Shown: positions 51,044 to 61,633, counted from the first letter of the stretch. The stretch: DNA of 64,000 nt from Desulfomonilia bacterium (GCA_963664325.2 CAXXDQ010000005.1:1-64000); one strand, 5' to 3'. Numbers and translations: made by a program. Notes: generated by a model not told the origin, from the sequence alone.

Positions 51044-51783
51044 AAAGGGCGCTGATCATAGCGGGCCGCATAATGCGGCAGTTAAGGCACGACAGGAGGC
51101 TCCTGCTCCTCTCCATGCTTGCCCCGCTGGTCATAATATACTTTCTCAAGGTGTTCTTCGACTCCATTCATCTGCCCCCGTTCCTCCCCAAATCAAGATA
51201 CGTGGTTCCGGTCACGGCCTTCATCGTTCACTTCATCAGCTTCGTCACATGCACGATCCTCCTCGTCCAGGAGCGCAGGGCCGGAACGCTGGAAAGGCTC
51301 ATCATCTCTGGGGTGACGCGACTTGAGATAATAGCGGGCTTCCTGCTCGGCTACTTTGCCCTTGTGACCTTCCAGACGGCGATCATTCAGGCGGAGGCCT
51401 TCTGGCTTTTCAAGCTGAAGTTCTCGGCCCAGACAATACTTATACTCTTTGCAGTCACGTGGCTTCTGTCAATCGTCTCAGTTCTGCTCGGCATATTCAT
51501 ATCCACCTTTGCCCGGAACGAGGGCCAGATATTCCCTTTCATACCGCTCATAATAGTGCCTTCGGTTTTTCTTTCCGGCATGATCATAGATGTGGCACAA
51601 TTGCCGAAATGGGCTCAGGTCTTAAGCCGCATCTTCCCCCTTTATTACGCGAACAACGTCATTCAGCAGCTTATCGGAGACGACCCCGTACCCTTTATAA
51701 TCATAATCAATTTCTACGCCCTGGCCGGGTATGTGGTAGTCCTTCTCCTGCTCGCCGCCAATACCTTCAAGGACACTGAATAA
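51040..51783 (+). CDS. ABC-2 type permease
   Basis: ERRAGTLERL, FLSG...LPKW...FPLYY; ATGA overlap with the ATPase gene. Confidence 0.88.
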   Translation: MKRALIIAGRIMRQLRHDRRLLLLSMLAPLVIIYFLKVFFDSIHLPPFLPKSRYVVPVTAFIVHFISFVTCTILLVQERRAGTLERLIISGVTRLEIIAGFLLGYFALVTFQTAIIQAEAFWLFKLKFSAQTILILFAVTWLLSIVSVLLGIFISTFARNEGQIFPFIPLIIVPSVFLSGMIIDVAQLPKWAQVLSRIFPLYYANNVIQQLIGDDPVPFIIIINFYALAGYVVVLLLLAANTFKDTE

Positions 51784-52023
51784 ACAGGGATATGAACCGG
51801 GTACTATAATCAGGCACGGCCCCTTTTGCCTGCGTTTTCCCGGCCGCCATTACCGCCCGGCCGGTTTTTGTTAAAATTATCGGGCAGTCCGGCGGCATCA
51901 AGGGGAACAGGAACCGTACGACTGGATTTGCAATATACCCGTTGTTGTTTATTGTTCAATTGTTTTATAAAAACCGGGCATGATGATAAAGACGTCTCAT
52001 TATCTGATAAGGAGGAATTATTT

Positions 52024-53355
52024 ATGAAAATAGCATTTATCGGCGCAGGCAGCCTGGGCTTCACATCGGAGCTCGTGCGCGACATCCTGACCTTCGACCT
52101 GCTCAGGGATGCGACCCTGGCGCTCATGGACATCGACGCCGAGAGGCTCGATTTTGCCCTGAAGTCGGTTACCAGGATAATCGAGGTCGGGAACTATCCC
52201 GCGAAGGTCCTCGCGACCATGGACAGGGCCGAGGCCCTGAAAGGCGCCGATGTGGTGCTCACCACGATCCTTTCGGGAAGCACCGACGTCTGGAAATACG
52301 ATATCGAGATACCGAAGAAGTACGGTGTGGACATCAATGTCGGCGACACGAGAGGGCCGAGCGGCATATTCAGGTTCCTGCGCACGCTTCCCCGCATGCT
52401 CGAGATCGTCAAGGACATGGAGAAGTACTGTCCCGGGGCGGTGCTGCTTAATTATACAAATCCCATGGCCATGCTTTGCGGGGCCCTTCAGAGGGTCACG
52501 CACATACCGGTGACCGGGCTCTGCCATTCGGTTCAGGGGACCGCTGTCATGCTAGCATGCTGGATCGGCGCAAGGTCCTTCGACGACATTACCTATACCT
52601 GCGCGGGCATAAACCACCAGGCGTTTTACCTGAAATACGAGATGGACGGCCGGGACGCATACCCGCTCATAAAGAAGGCGATCACCGAGAATCCCGACGT
52701 ATACAACGAAGAGATCGTCAGAAACGAGATGTACCTGCACCTTGACTATTACCCGACAGAATCGAGCGGCCATAACTCCGAGTACAATGCCTGGTTCAGG
52801 AAGCGCCCAGATCTGATTGAGAAATACTGCCTGCCGGGCAAGGGCTGGAATCCGGGCGAGTACGCCTACATCCTGAAGGAATACCAGCAGACCGAGGCGA
52901 CCTGGAAGGACAGGGTCAGAAAAGAGCTGGAAGAGCCCGTCAAGCCGGAAGATCTGAACCGCGGCATGGAGTATGCCGCCTACATCATCAATGCCCTGGC
53001 CGGCGGAGCGGCATATTCCTTCAACGGAAACGTCCCCAACACCTGCCTTATAACGAACCTCCCCCAGGGGGCGTGCGTGGAGGTCCCCGTGTTTGTCGAC
53101 AAAGGCGGCTTCCACCCTGTCCATGTGGGCGCCCTGCCGCCCCAGCTTGCAGCCCTTGTCCACACGAGCAGCATCATAGAGGAAATGGCCATTACGGCGG
53201 CGCTGACCAACGACGCAAGGCTTGTCATGCAGGCGATCATTCATGACCCTCTTACGGCAGCCGTCCTTTCCCTGTCCGAGATAAGGGCCATGGTAAAAGA
53301 AATGTTCGAACAGAACAGGGATTACCTGGGTTATTTCAAGGCGATTGATTTTTAG
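52024..53355 (+). CDS. melA: Alpha-galactosidase, GH4
   Basis: [48 protein letters not shown]. Confidence 0.85.
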   Translation: MKIAFIGAGSLGFTSELVRDILTFDLLRDATLALMDIDAERLDFALKSVTRIIEVGNYPAKVLATMDRAEALKGADVVLTTILSGSTDVWKYDIEIPKKYGVDINVGDTRGPSGIFRFLRTLPRMLEIVKDMEKYCPGAVLLNYTNPMAMLCGALQRVTHIPVTGLCHSVQGTAVMLACWIGARSFDDITYTCAGINHQAFYLKYEMDGRDAYPLIKKAITENPDVYNEEIVRNEMYLHLDYYPTESSGHNSEYNAWFRKRPDLIEKYCLPGKGWNPGEYAYILKEYQQTEATWKDRVRKELEEPVKPEDLNRGMEYAAYIINALAGGAAYSFNGNVPNTCLITNLPQGACVEVPVFVDKGGFHPVHVGALPPQLAALVHTSSIIEEMAITAALTNDARLVMQAIIHDPLTAAVLSLSEIRAMVKEMFEQNRDYLGYFKAIDF

Positions 53356-53380
53356 AAGGGGCCCCTTTCGGGGCCTTCCC
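53356..53380. terminator. Hairpin between convergent genes
   Basis: GGCCCC-TTTC-GGGGCC directly after the melA stop. Confidence 0.5.
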
Positions 53381-53432
53381 TGATTCAGACCGGGGATGCG
53401 CGTGAGCCCCCGGCCTTCCGGACAGGAAGATT

Positions 53433-54581
53433 CTAGGTACCCGATTGCCAGTGGAGCTGGCGGTAATTGTTGCGGATGAACGGCGTGAGGTTTTCCAGAA
53501 TCTGCCGTGAGCCCTTGGCGGCCACCTCTTTCCTGAGCTCCTCCATGCCTGTGGTGCGGCCCAGCCGGGCGGACAGGTAGCCCAGAAGGGTAACCGCTAC
53601 GGCCTCGCGGGCCTGTTCCGGGGTGAACTCGGGCTGCTTTCCGTTCAGGATGCAGTCGGCGAAGTGAGTGTCTTCATGATAGGCCGAGATGATGTAGTAT
53701 TGGGGGTAGGCCCCGTGCTCGGCGGCGATCTCGTAATAGACCCCCTTCATCTGCGCGTTAGGATGGGAGGAAAAGAGGCGGATGGGTTTCTCCCAGGCGT
53801 GGTCTTCCAGCAGGTGTCCCCTGGTGCCGTGCAGTTCGGTGTTGTTGTTCAGCGGATGCACTGTGGTGGATGAAAGGGAGACCTCGATCATGGCCCCGTT
53901 TTCAAATTGAAGGTGCATGACTGCGTTATCCTCGCCCTTGCATGACGGGGAGTCATAGGCCTTGCCGAGCCAGGCCTGGGCGCTTTCCACCCGTCCGAGG
54001 AGCCAGTTAAGCAGGGCGAACTTGTGCACTCCCTGGTCGGCCAGAACCCCTCCGCCGCCCTTGTCGCAGGTGAAGTGCCAGCATGCCGAATCGAGGAACT
54101 GCCAGGCCGGGCAATAGGCGCCTTCATAGGTGCGGCCCAGATAGACGTCGCCCAGAAGCCCGCCGTCGATGAGCTCCTTGATCCTGCGGTGGGCCGGCAG
54201 GAAGCGGTGGTTCTCGGCGATCATGAATTTCACACCGGCTTTGGCCGTGGCGGCGATCATGGCGTCGCATTCCTCCAGCGTCGGGGCCATGGGCTTTTCG
54301 CAGAGCACATGCTTGCCCGCCTCGGAGGCGCGGCTCACGTATTCGGCATGCAGGTAATGCGGCACGCAGACCAGTACCGCGTCGATGTCGCTGTTAATGA
54401 AGGCGTTAAAATCTGTATACGGTGCAAGTTTCATCCGTTTGACCAGGCGGGACAGGTTCTTCTCGTTGACGTCATAGGCGGCCGTGAACTGCAGGTTAGC
54501 TTCAGGACGGTTTTTAAAGGCCAGGGAATGAAACGTGGCGGCGTCACCGGCGCCGATGATACCGAATCTAACATGATCCAT
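53433..54581 (-). CDS. Gfo/Idh/MocA family oxidoreductase
   Basis: FGIIGAG, GKHVLCEKPMA, GGGVLADQGVH; AGGAGG RBS. Confidence 0.9.
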   Translation of the reverse strand: MDHVRFGIIGAGDAATFHSLAFKNRPEANLQFTAAYDVNEKNLSRLVKRMKLAPYTDFNAFINSDIDAVLVCVPHYLHAEYVSRASEAGKHVLCEKPMAPTLEECDAMIAATAKAGVKFMIAENHRFLPAHRRIKELIDGGLLGDVYLGRTYEGAYCPAWQFLDSACWHFTCDKGGGGVLADQGVHKFALLNWLLGRVESAQAWLGKAYDSPSCKGEDNAVMHLQFENGAMIEVSLSSTTVHPLNNNTELHGTRGHLLEDHAWEKPIRLFSSHPNAQMKGVYYEIAAEHGAYPQYYIISAYHEDTHFADCILNGKQPEFTPEQAREAVAVTLLGYLSARLGRTTGMEELRKEVAAKGSRQILENLTPFIRNNYRQLHWQSGT

Positions 54582-54921
54582 GGGTGTCCTCCTTAAAAAA
54601 TGTGGAGCAGGCTGGAATTCCGGCATTATAGCGCGCGCTATCCATGCGTCAAGGCCCATGTCCGGATATTTCAAAAATTGAAAACCGGGTTCCGGTTTTA
54701 TCTTCGAGATACAACTCACAAAAAAAGCGGATGACAAGCCGTTTGCCTTCAGCCTGTGTTTTTCATCCAGATGACAATTGCCCGCTGTCCGGGCAACAGA
54801 GGGAAAAGGTCTGTTGCCGCCGGTCTGGTAACCTCGGTCTTCTTTTTCCGGAAGAAGTGAGGGATAACTGTGAATTTTGAGACAAGCCTTCGAGACCGGG
54901 CGCAGCCGGAGAAGCAGGGCT

Positions 54922-55635
54922 TTACCCGGCCGGGGCCGTGTTCCCTTTTGTCTTCAGGAACTGCTCTACCCTGGGGATCTCCGGGGAATTAAAACTTTCC
55001 GTGATGTATTTTTCCATGCAGACCATGCGTTTGATGCCCATGAGCGTTCCATAGGGGTTGTCGTCGCTGAAGAAGTTTGTAAGGCTCGGGGGAATCCCGA
55101 CCGGATCGGCGTGCACGATATAGGTCAGGCGGGTATGCTCGCGGTCGATGATCTCTAGGATGAAGATCCCCTGGAGGTCGTGCATGCGCACCCGATTCTT
55201 TTGGAGGGGGCAATACTGCGAACTTTCCGGTTCCGGCAGGCCCTGCAGGACGATGGAGAACACGCCTCGCCTGAAGTCCTTGCTCACTATAGTGCGCACT
55301 ACGACGTCACGGTCGGAAAGCGGCCAGGGCATGTCGGTAACGTTGAGAATTATCAGGTCGTCTTTCCCGAAGGACCTGATCAGGCGTCCCTCCCTGCAGT
55401 TGTACATGAACTGGGCATAGGCCGGGATGTCGCGCAGCACGGCCTCGATCACCTCGATACGGGCGTTGACGGTGGTCTCGCCCTTGAATTCGCTTATGGG
55501 CGAGCCCGGGAATGTGCGTTTGAAGAGTGTAATCCCGTTTTTCGCCTTGATCATCACCCAGGGAGGCTCTGCGGACAGGGGCCACGGCATCAGCACTGAT
55601 GTCATAAGCACCAATAGCAGGAGTTTTCGCATCAT
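54922..55635 (-). CDS. Exported START-domain protein
   Basis: Signal peptide; W...K.KNGI.L, MPWPLSDRDVV, TYIVHADP.G.IP. Confidence 0.8.
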   Translation of the reverse strand: MMRKLLLLVLMTSVLMPWPLSAEPPWVMIKAKNGITLFKRTFPGSPISEFKGETTVNARIEVIEAVLRDIPAYAQFMYNCREGRLIRSFGKDDLIILNVTDMPWPLSDRDVVVRTIVSKDFRRGVFSIVLQGLPEPESSQYCPLQKNRVRMHDLQGIFILEIIDREHTRLTYIVHADPVGIPPSLTNFFSDDNPYGTLMGIKRMVCMEKYITESFNSPEIPRVEQFLKTKGNTAPAG

Positions 55636-55653
55636 GATGCCGCCGTGTGCGCG

Positions 55654-56529
55654 CTATTGCGGCTCCGCAATGAAGAGCCGCCGGTAGACCGCATAGCCCG
55701 GCATCGGCTTCCTGAGTATGGCAAAGTAGACGAGAACGAAGGCGGCCGGCATTCCGATGAGGAAGCCCGGCAGCAGGCTTCCCGCCGCCTTGCCGATATA
55801 GTTCACCATGAGTCCGGTGATCGCCGCAGACCCGAGCGAGATAACGAAAACACCCATGAGGGAGAAGGCCATGAGCTTGAAGAGCCCTGTCGGCACTATT
55901 TCCCCGGGCAGGGACGCATCGGCCTCGGCCCCCTCCCTGATCCATTTCGCCATGGGGAAGAGAATCCCAGGTACGATCACGATGCCCATGGCGTAGAGGG
56001 TCAGGGCGACATTGCTCCACAGGAAGTCTATTCCCATGTGCTGGCCCGGAGACCAAGGCGCACCCGCGACCGTAGGGTCATAGAGGAAACGCTGCCAGCC
56101 GAGCCCGTCCCATCCGTGCAGGAGAATAAAGAACATGCAGAAATACCCGAGGAACCACTGTAGATGTCCTGCATAGTAACGGCCCTTCTGGAAAAGCCTG
56201 CCTGTGATCCAGAAACCGAGTATCCCCTGGGTGATATTTGTGATGGCGAACAGGACTACCAGCCAGGCCGGAAGGTCGGCATGGGTGCGCGCCACCTGCA
56301 TGGTCTCCCAGTGCGGGAAGTTCCAGAGCAGATATATCCCTGACGGGGCGAAGGCGCAGGCCAGAAAGATCAGGTTATAGGTAAAGTACCGGTTCTGAAA
56401 GATGGATGGCTTTTCACTGTCCGGGACGGCCGAGTCCTTGCGGATTGTCAGCGCCCGGATCTGCCTGCCAGCCGAGGCGGCGAACCCGGCCCCGATTGCA
56501 TACGACCAGAAGATATCAACCTGAACCAT
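55654..56529 (-). CDS. Hypothetical multi-pass membrane protein
   Basis: MVQVDIFWSYAIGA start, PSGIYLLW.FP.WETM, HGWDG.GWQRF; 6-7 TMs. Confidence 0.7.
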   Translation of the reverse strand: MVQVDIFWSYAIGAGFAASAGRQIRALTIRKDSAVPDSEKPSIFQNRYFTYNLIFLACAFAPSGIYLLWNFPHWETMQVARTHADLPAWLVVLFAITNITQGILGFWITGRLFQKGRYYAGHLQWFLGYFCMFFILLHGWDGLGWQRFLYDPTVAGAPWSPGQHMGIDFLWSNVALTLYAMGIVIVPGILFPMAKWIREGAEADASLPGEIVPTGLFKLMAFSLMGVFVISLGSAAITGLMVNYIGKAAGSLLPGFLIGMPAAFVLVYFAILRKPMPGYAVYRRLFIAEPQ

Positions 56530-56762
56530 AAAACCCTCCCCTTCATCTGTCATATTTCCGGCAGTCACGTAGATGGACCGGATAAAGACTCCGTATTGTA
56601 CCATGTATCCGCTTCTCATTAAAGAAGAGGTTGGACTTCCAAAGTCCCGGAACCCTTTCCTGATAATTTTAATTCCTGAAAGTCGGGTTCCGGCTGTTTT
56701 TTGATTTGCCTTTATAACCGAAAGGCCCCATTCTTGATCGGATCACTGTCGATACGTTTTAG

Positions 56763-56966
56763 ATGAATACTCCGCCAGCCGAGAAGGTTGTGCAGGATGA
56801 CCGGATATTGCTGAAACGCCATGCATGGCTTTCTATCGCCGCAGCCGTGACGGCTGTTCTTATAAAAGGGTCCGAATATTGTCTGACAGGTTCTGTCGGT
56901 TTATATGCCGATGCCATGGAACCGATTGTCAACCTTGCCTGGGTGCATTCTGTAAAAACAGTATAA
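56763..56966 (+). pseudogene. Truncated cation diffusion facilitator (FieF-like) N-terminus
   Basis: AWLSIAAAV...K....LTGSVGLYADAME.IVNL matches CDF TM1-2, then a stop. Confidence 0.65.
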
Positions 56967-57107
56967 GATGATATGTCACGTGTTATCCTCTCCCGTTGTT
57001 CAGATTTAAAGACTTCAAAAAAAGCCGGATTTCAAATTTACTTTTTGCAGGAATGGTTTAAAATTTAAAAACTTGGACTGCAAAAAAATATATAAAGGAG
57101 ATTCCCG

Positions 57108-57881
57108 ATGAAGCATGCAGGCAGGATGTTCATTTTTATCTTATTGATGCTTTTTTCCGTGAATGCCTATGCAGGAGAGGTGATGACAGCCTCCGGCCAC
57201 CCCGAATACCCGCCCGTCATGTGGAAACAGGGGGGTGAAATAGTAGGCGTCGGCCCGGAACTCATGAAGATGGTCTTCAAACCTCTGGGCGTGACGGTCA
57301 ACTGCCCTTACATGGGCGATTGGGACAAGGTGCAGGACGAACTGAAGAATGGCAAAATCGATGCCCTGGTAGGCGTTTACATGACACGTGAAAGGAAGGC
57401 TGTAATGGATTTCTCGCGGCCTTTTACCACGGATCCGGTCGTGATATTCGTCGCCAGAGGCAAGTCCTTTCCTTTTGAAAAGTGGGATGACCTTATCGGC
57501 AGAAAGGGCGTCTCAACGACAGGCGACAGTTTCGGCCAGGAATTCGACGCATTCATAGGCGCCAAACTTGACGTCAAAAGGTCGGTGACAGTCGAGGAAA
57601 ATTTCAATAAGCTTCTTTCGGGCCAGGCCGATTATTTCATCTTTGCCATGTACTCGGGCAATTTCGAAGCAAAGAGGCTTGGCATAGCTGACAAAGTCGA
57701 GCACCTTAGAAAAGAGGCGTCAATCGAAAACTTTTATTTTGCAGTTTCGAAAAAATCCCGGTTCGCCCGGCTTATCCCAAAGGCCGACAGACGCATTGAA
57801 AAGCTTGTCAAGGACGGCACCGTCGATAACCTCATAAAAAAGTATACTAAAATTTATGAGGATTCATTGTCAAAGAAATAA
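57108..57881 (+). CDS. Polar amino-acid-type substrate-binding protein (SBP_bac_3), standalone
   Basis: Signal peptide; YPP, G.IDAL, WDDLIG..G....G.SFG. Confidence 0.8.
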   Translation: MKHAGRMFIFILLMLFSVNAYAGEVMTASGHPEYPPVMWKQGGEIVGVGPELMKMVFKPLGVTVNCPYMGDWDKVQDELKNGKIDALVGVYMTRERKAVMDFSRPFTTDPVVIFVARGKSFPFEKWDDLIGRKGVSTTGDSFGQEFDAFIGAKLDVKRSVTVEENFNKLLSGQADYFIFAMYSGNFEAKRLGIADKVEHLRKEASIENFYFAVSKKSRFARLIPKADRRIEKLVKDGTVDNLIKKYTKIYEDSLSKK

Positions 57882-57896
57882 GCAGGCAGTTGCCTG

Positions 57897-58328
57897 ATGA
57901 ACCCGCACTTCAAATTCAATGTAAAAAAAGGAATTTGTTCTTCTGCGGTTTTAATAATTGTCGCAGCAGGAGTCCTTTTCTCACCCGCATCTTATGCAGG
58001 CGGGTCATTCATTCTTGATGACATCAAGCCGGTCCTTGGCCAGGCGCCCGTGGTTGAGAAATATCTTTTTACCGGGCTTGAGCTTGAAAAAAGCGGGGAT
58101 GCAAACCGCATCGGCAGCAATGTCAATCCGAGGCTCGGCGGTACCCGCCTCGGCCCGTACTGTGTCAATGCAAAACCCAAAGGCGCCAGGGGAAAGAACA
58201 CGTTCAGGGTCTGCATCAATACGGAATACCAGTTCACGGACCGGGCGGGCAAACCCTGCAAGCTCGAACAGGCCTACAGCGTGAAAGAGAAGTTCAGTTC
58301 AGTAGAGATCAAGCCTATAAAGGAGTGA
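57897..58328 (+). CDS. Hypothetical exported protein
   Basis: Signal-peptide-like N-terminus; co-oriented and tightly spaced with its neighbours. Confidence 0.6.
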   Translation: MNPHFKFNVKKGICSSAVLIIVAAGVLFSPASYAGGSFILDDIKPVLGQAPVVEKYLFTGLELEKSGDANRIGSNVNPRLGGTRLGPYCVNAKPKGARGKNTFRVCINTEYQFTDRAGKPCKLEQAYSVKEKFSSVEIKPIKE

Positions 58329-58335
58329 ACGAAGC

Positions 58336-58914
58336 ATGGGAAGACTGAGAAATCTGATCATTAAAGATGAAGTGTGTCCCTGGTGGCTTATATGGACCTT
58401 CGACAACCCGCTCAGGAAGCTTCTGCAAAAGCCTGAGGCGTTCCTTGACGGGTTTGTAAACGCCGGGGATACAGCAGTCGATATCGGCTGCGGAATAGGC
58501 TATTTCACCATCCCTCTGGCCCGGATGGCGGGTGCGGCCGGAAAGGTGATTGCAGTTGACCTGCAGGAGAGGATGCTGGCCGGGATGGAGAAACGCGCCA
58601 TAAAAAACGGCCTCAGGGACAGGATCGTTCCGCATAAATGTACGCCCCAGTCGCTTGGCCTCAGTGTTCAGGCGGATTTTGTCCTGGCCTTTTACATGGT
58701 TCATGAAGTTCCCGACCAGGCGCATCTCTTCGGCGAGATAGCCTCGATACTGAAGACCGGGGGTAAAGTACTTGTGGTCGAACCCGGGATGCATGTGAAA
58801 GCCGATGCCTTTGAAAAGACGATAAGAACAGCGCAGTCCTGCGGGTTGAGACTTGTTTCAAGGCCCCAATTCAGGTTCAGCCATGCAGCGGTGTTTAGCC
58901 ATCAGGGCAATTGA
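58336..58914 (+). CDS. Class I SAM-dependent methyltransferase
   Basis: VDIGCGIG, VIAVDLQ, YMVHEVPD, LKTGG. Confidence 0.88.
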   Translation: MGRLRNLIIKDEVCPWWLIWTFDNPLRKLLQKPEAFLDGFVNAGDTAVDIGCGIGYFTIPLARMAGAAGKVIAVDLQERMLAGMEKRAIKNGLRDRIVPHKCTPQSLGLSVQADFVLAFYMVHEVPDQAHLFGEIASILKTGGKVLVVEPGMHVKADAFEKTIRTAQSCGLRLVSRPQFRFSHAAVFSHQGN

Positions 58915-58948
58915 CTAAACGATGGCCCCTGTTCTATAAGCCATTCCC

Positions 58949-59449
58949 ATGAAAGAATGGTATGTTGTAAACACGAATCCGCGTGAGGATATTGCGGCCA
59001 TGGCAAAGCTGAGGCAGGACGGGTTTGATGTTTATCAGCCGTACATGCAGAAATATGTCTTCCATGCCAGAAAGAAAACGCTAAAAAAAGTACCCCTTTT
59101 CCCGAATTATATTTTCGTGAATTCGGAAGACGCCGAGGCCGAACTTTTCAAGGTGAAATGGTGTCACGGGGTCAGGCGCCTGTTGATTGACAACAATAAC
59201 CCGGTGCCGATTTCAGCCGGGTTTGTTGATATGCTCAAGTCCATTGAAACACAGGGTGAAGGGGTCATAAAAAAACCTGTAGATTATGAAAAGGGCGAAC
59301 TTGTCAGGGTGATGTCCGGGCCGATGAAGGACGTGATAGGTATATTCGAATCATGGGATTCCGATGAAGGCAGGGTCAGAATTCTCGTCGAGATAGTAAA
59401 CCAGCAGGCCAAGGTGGTTCTTCATGCGTCCATGCTGGAGAAGGCATAA
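58949..59449 (+). CDS. Specialised NusG paralog (RfaH-like antiterminator)
   Basis: NGN motifs WYVVNT and PLFPNYIFV; KOW motif GELVRVMSGPM; not in the secE-nusG-rplK context. Confidence 0.85.
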   Translation: MKEWYVVNTNPREDIAAMAKLRQDGFDVYQPYMQKYVFHARKKTLKKVPLFPNYIFVNSEDAEAELFKVKWCHGVRRLLIDNNNPVPISAGFVDMLKSIETQGEGVIKKPVDYEKGELVRVMSGPMKDVIGIFESWDSDEGRVRILVEIVNQQAKVVLHASMLEKA

Positions 59450-59466
59450 AATTCAGGAGGCCTCGG

Positions 59467-61080
59467 ATACATACCGTATTCGGCGATACGAGGGGTTTGA
59501 AGGCGCCAGATCTGAGGGCGCTTGAAAGGCTTTACCGCAGGAAGCTGCCGGCCGAAGCCGTTTTCACGCCTGAACTTGCCGGGGAAATCTGCCGCATATC
59601 ATGGGCCACAGGCATTCAGATAGGGATCATCCTCGACCGCTTCGGCGAAGTCCAGTACGTGATCGCAGGCGACGCTACGGGTCTGACAATCCCTCCGCTC
59701 GACCGCAGGCGCACGCACCAGGGAAGGCTGCAGGGGCTGAGATTGATCCACACACATCTCGGCGACGGTAACCTCTCAGCCGAAGACCTCACCGACCTGT
59801 CGCGCCTGAGGCTCGATATGATATGGGCTATCGAAGTCCTTGACGGAGGAAGGCCCGGCTATGCCTATGGCGCACACCTTTATCCCGACAGCGGCATGCG
59901 CCTCGAATGGAAGCTTCTGGAACCGTCAAGAACCGACCGCATGGACATGGAGTTTGACACCTTCATATCGGAGCTCGAGGCCGAAATCGGCCGGATGAAG
60001 CCGGCCAGAAAGGTCGAAAGCGGGGACAGGGCCATACTTGTTGCAACAGGCAGCGACCCGGAAGATATGGAAATCCGCACCATGGAGCTAAAAGATCTGG
60101 CCGCATCCGCAGGGATCGCCGTCCTGGACACCGTCGTTCAGCGCAGGTCCAAGCCCGACCCGAAATACATTGTCGGCAAAGGCAAGCTGAACGATATATA
60201 TATAAAAGCCCTGGCCTCGGATGCGAACCTCATTGTCTTCGACCAGGAGATAAGCCCTTCACAGTCGCGCTCCATCTCGGAAGCGATCGACATGCGCGTG
60301 CTTGACCGCACGCAGGTGATCCTTGATATTTTCGCAAAACGCGCCCGCACCATGGAAGGGAAAATCCAGGTTGAACTCGCCCAGCTCAAGTACAACATGC
60401 CCAGGCTTGTAGGCAGGAACCCGGCGCTCTCCCGTCTGCTGGGCGGCATAGGCATCAGGGGGCCGGGGGAATCAAAGCTCGAGATCGACCGCAGGCGCGC
60501 TAAAGAGCGCATGGGAAGGCTCGAAAAAGAGGCCAGGCGCATCAGTGAGAAGAGGGCCCTTACCCGCAGGAAGCGCCAGGAAAAGAAACTGCCGGTGATA
60601 TCCATCATAGGCTATACCAATACGGGAAAATCAACGCTTCTGAACACGCTCACGAAAAGCAATGTCCTGGCGGCGGACATGCCTTTTGCAACGCTGGACC
60701 CGTCAAGCAAGCGGCTCAGGTTTCCCAGGGACATCGAGGTCATTATAACCGATACGGTGGGCTTCATCCGTGACCTGCCCGCCGACTTGAAGGCGGCCTT
60801 CATGGCCACGCTGGAGGAGTTGAACGATGCCGACCTCCTTCTCGAGGTAATAGACATAACCGACCCGTTCATCGATTACAGGATGCAGGCGGTCAACGTG
60901 ATCCTTAGCGGACTTGAGCTTGAATCCAGGCCGCGCCTGAGGGTCTTCAACAAGATTGATAAAGCAGACAAGGAATATGTCGAGATAATGACACGGCGCC
61001 ATGACGGCGTGGCCATATCGGCCCTTGACCGCAAGACGCTTACGCCCCTCATCGAAAGGCTTGAAAGGTATTTTTCATAA
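59467..61080 (+). CDS. hflX: GTPase HflX (long form)
   Basis: IHTH N-terminal domain, DRTQVILDIFA, GPGESKLE, GYTNTGKST, DTVGFI, NKID. Probable ATA start at 59467; the ORF track uses TTG at 59497. Confidence 0.93.
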   Translation: MHTVFGDTRGLKAPDLRALERLYRRKLPAEAVFTPELAGEICRISWATGIQIGIILDRFGEVQYVIAGDATGLTIPPLDRRRTHQGRLQGLRLIHTHLGDGNLSAEDLTDLSRLRLDMIWAIEVLDGGRPGYAYGAHLYPDSGMRLEWKLLEPSRTDRMDMEFDTFISELEAEIGRMKPARKVESGDRAILVATGSDPEDMEIRTMELKDLAASAGIAVLDTVVQRRSKPDPKYIVGKGKLNDIYIKALASDANLIVFDQEISPSQSRSISEAIDMRVLDRTQVILDIFAKRARTMEGKIQVELAQLKYNMPRLVGRNPALSRLLGGIGIRGPGESKLEIDRRRAKERMGRLEKEARRISEKRALTRRKRQEKKLPVISIIGYTNTGKSTLLNTLTKSNVLAADMPFATLDPSSKRLRFPRDIEVIITDTVGFIRDLPADLKAAFMATLEELNDADLLLEVIDITDPFIDYRMQAVNVILSGLELESRPRLRVFNKIDKADKEYVEIMTRRHDGVAISALDRKTLTPLIERLERYFS

Positions 61081-61633
61081 ATAGCCATGATGGATTAAGT
61101 CCAAACCGATAAAAACCGTCTACGAAATAGCATTAAGTTAAAGTGAGTAACCCTCAAGTTTTCATATCGTGCCATAATGCAACCTTCTGGAATTGTTCTA
61201 ACCGGTATAACTATCATCTGAAAACCTTGAAATTTTCTGTTTCATGAAAATAAAAGTTTATCGCAGATATCCATAGTCTGGCAGGAGCATTGATGTATTA
61301 TAGCACTGTATATTTTTGCATAATCGCTGGACAGTAAAGGTCTTGCGGGCATATATGCAGTTTGAGTTGAATGTTATTAGACGTGAAATCCAACATTGAT
61401 TTGTTGGGCTTACTATGCAGGCCCAATCTAAGAATAAACCAAATACCACTGATAATACGTATTACGCTTTTAATGGTAATAAGTACTAAATACATAATCA
61501 TTAAATTATAAATATTTGATTTAATTAGAACGTTATTGTAAATATTTAAGCATTAACCCAAGGGGGCTGTTTGAAAACAGCATAAACATGTATTACGTAT
61601 ATTAATTGTTAGGCTGAACCTTTAGGGGAAACT

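Noticed and set aside
61258-61501. Minus-strand ORFs as an intI remnant
   Set aside because: No tyrosine recombinase motifs in the translations.
61566-61581. GCTGTTTGAAAACAGC as a LexA box upstream of the cassettes
   Set aside because: Spacing is CTGT-N6-ACAG rather than N8; it may be a different operator or a chance match.
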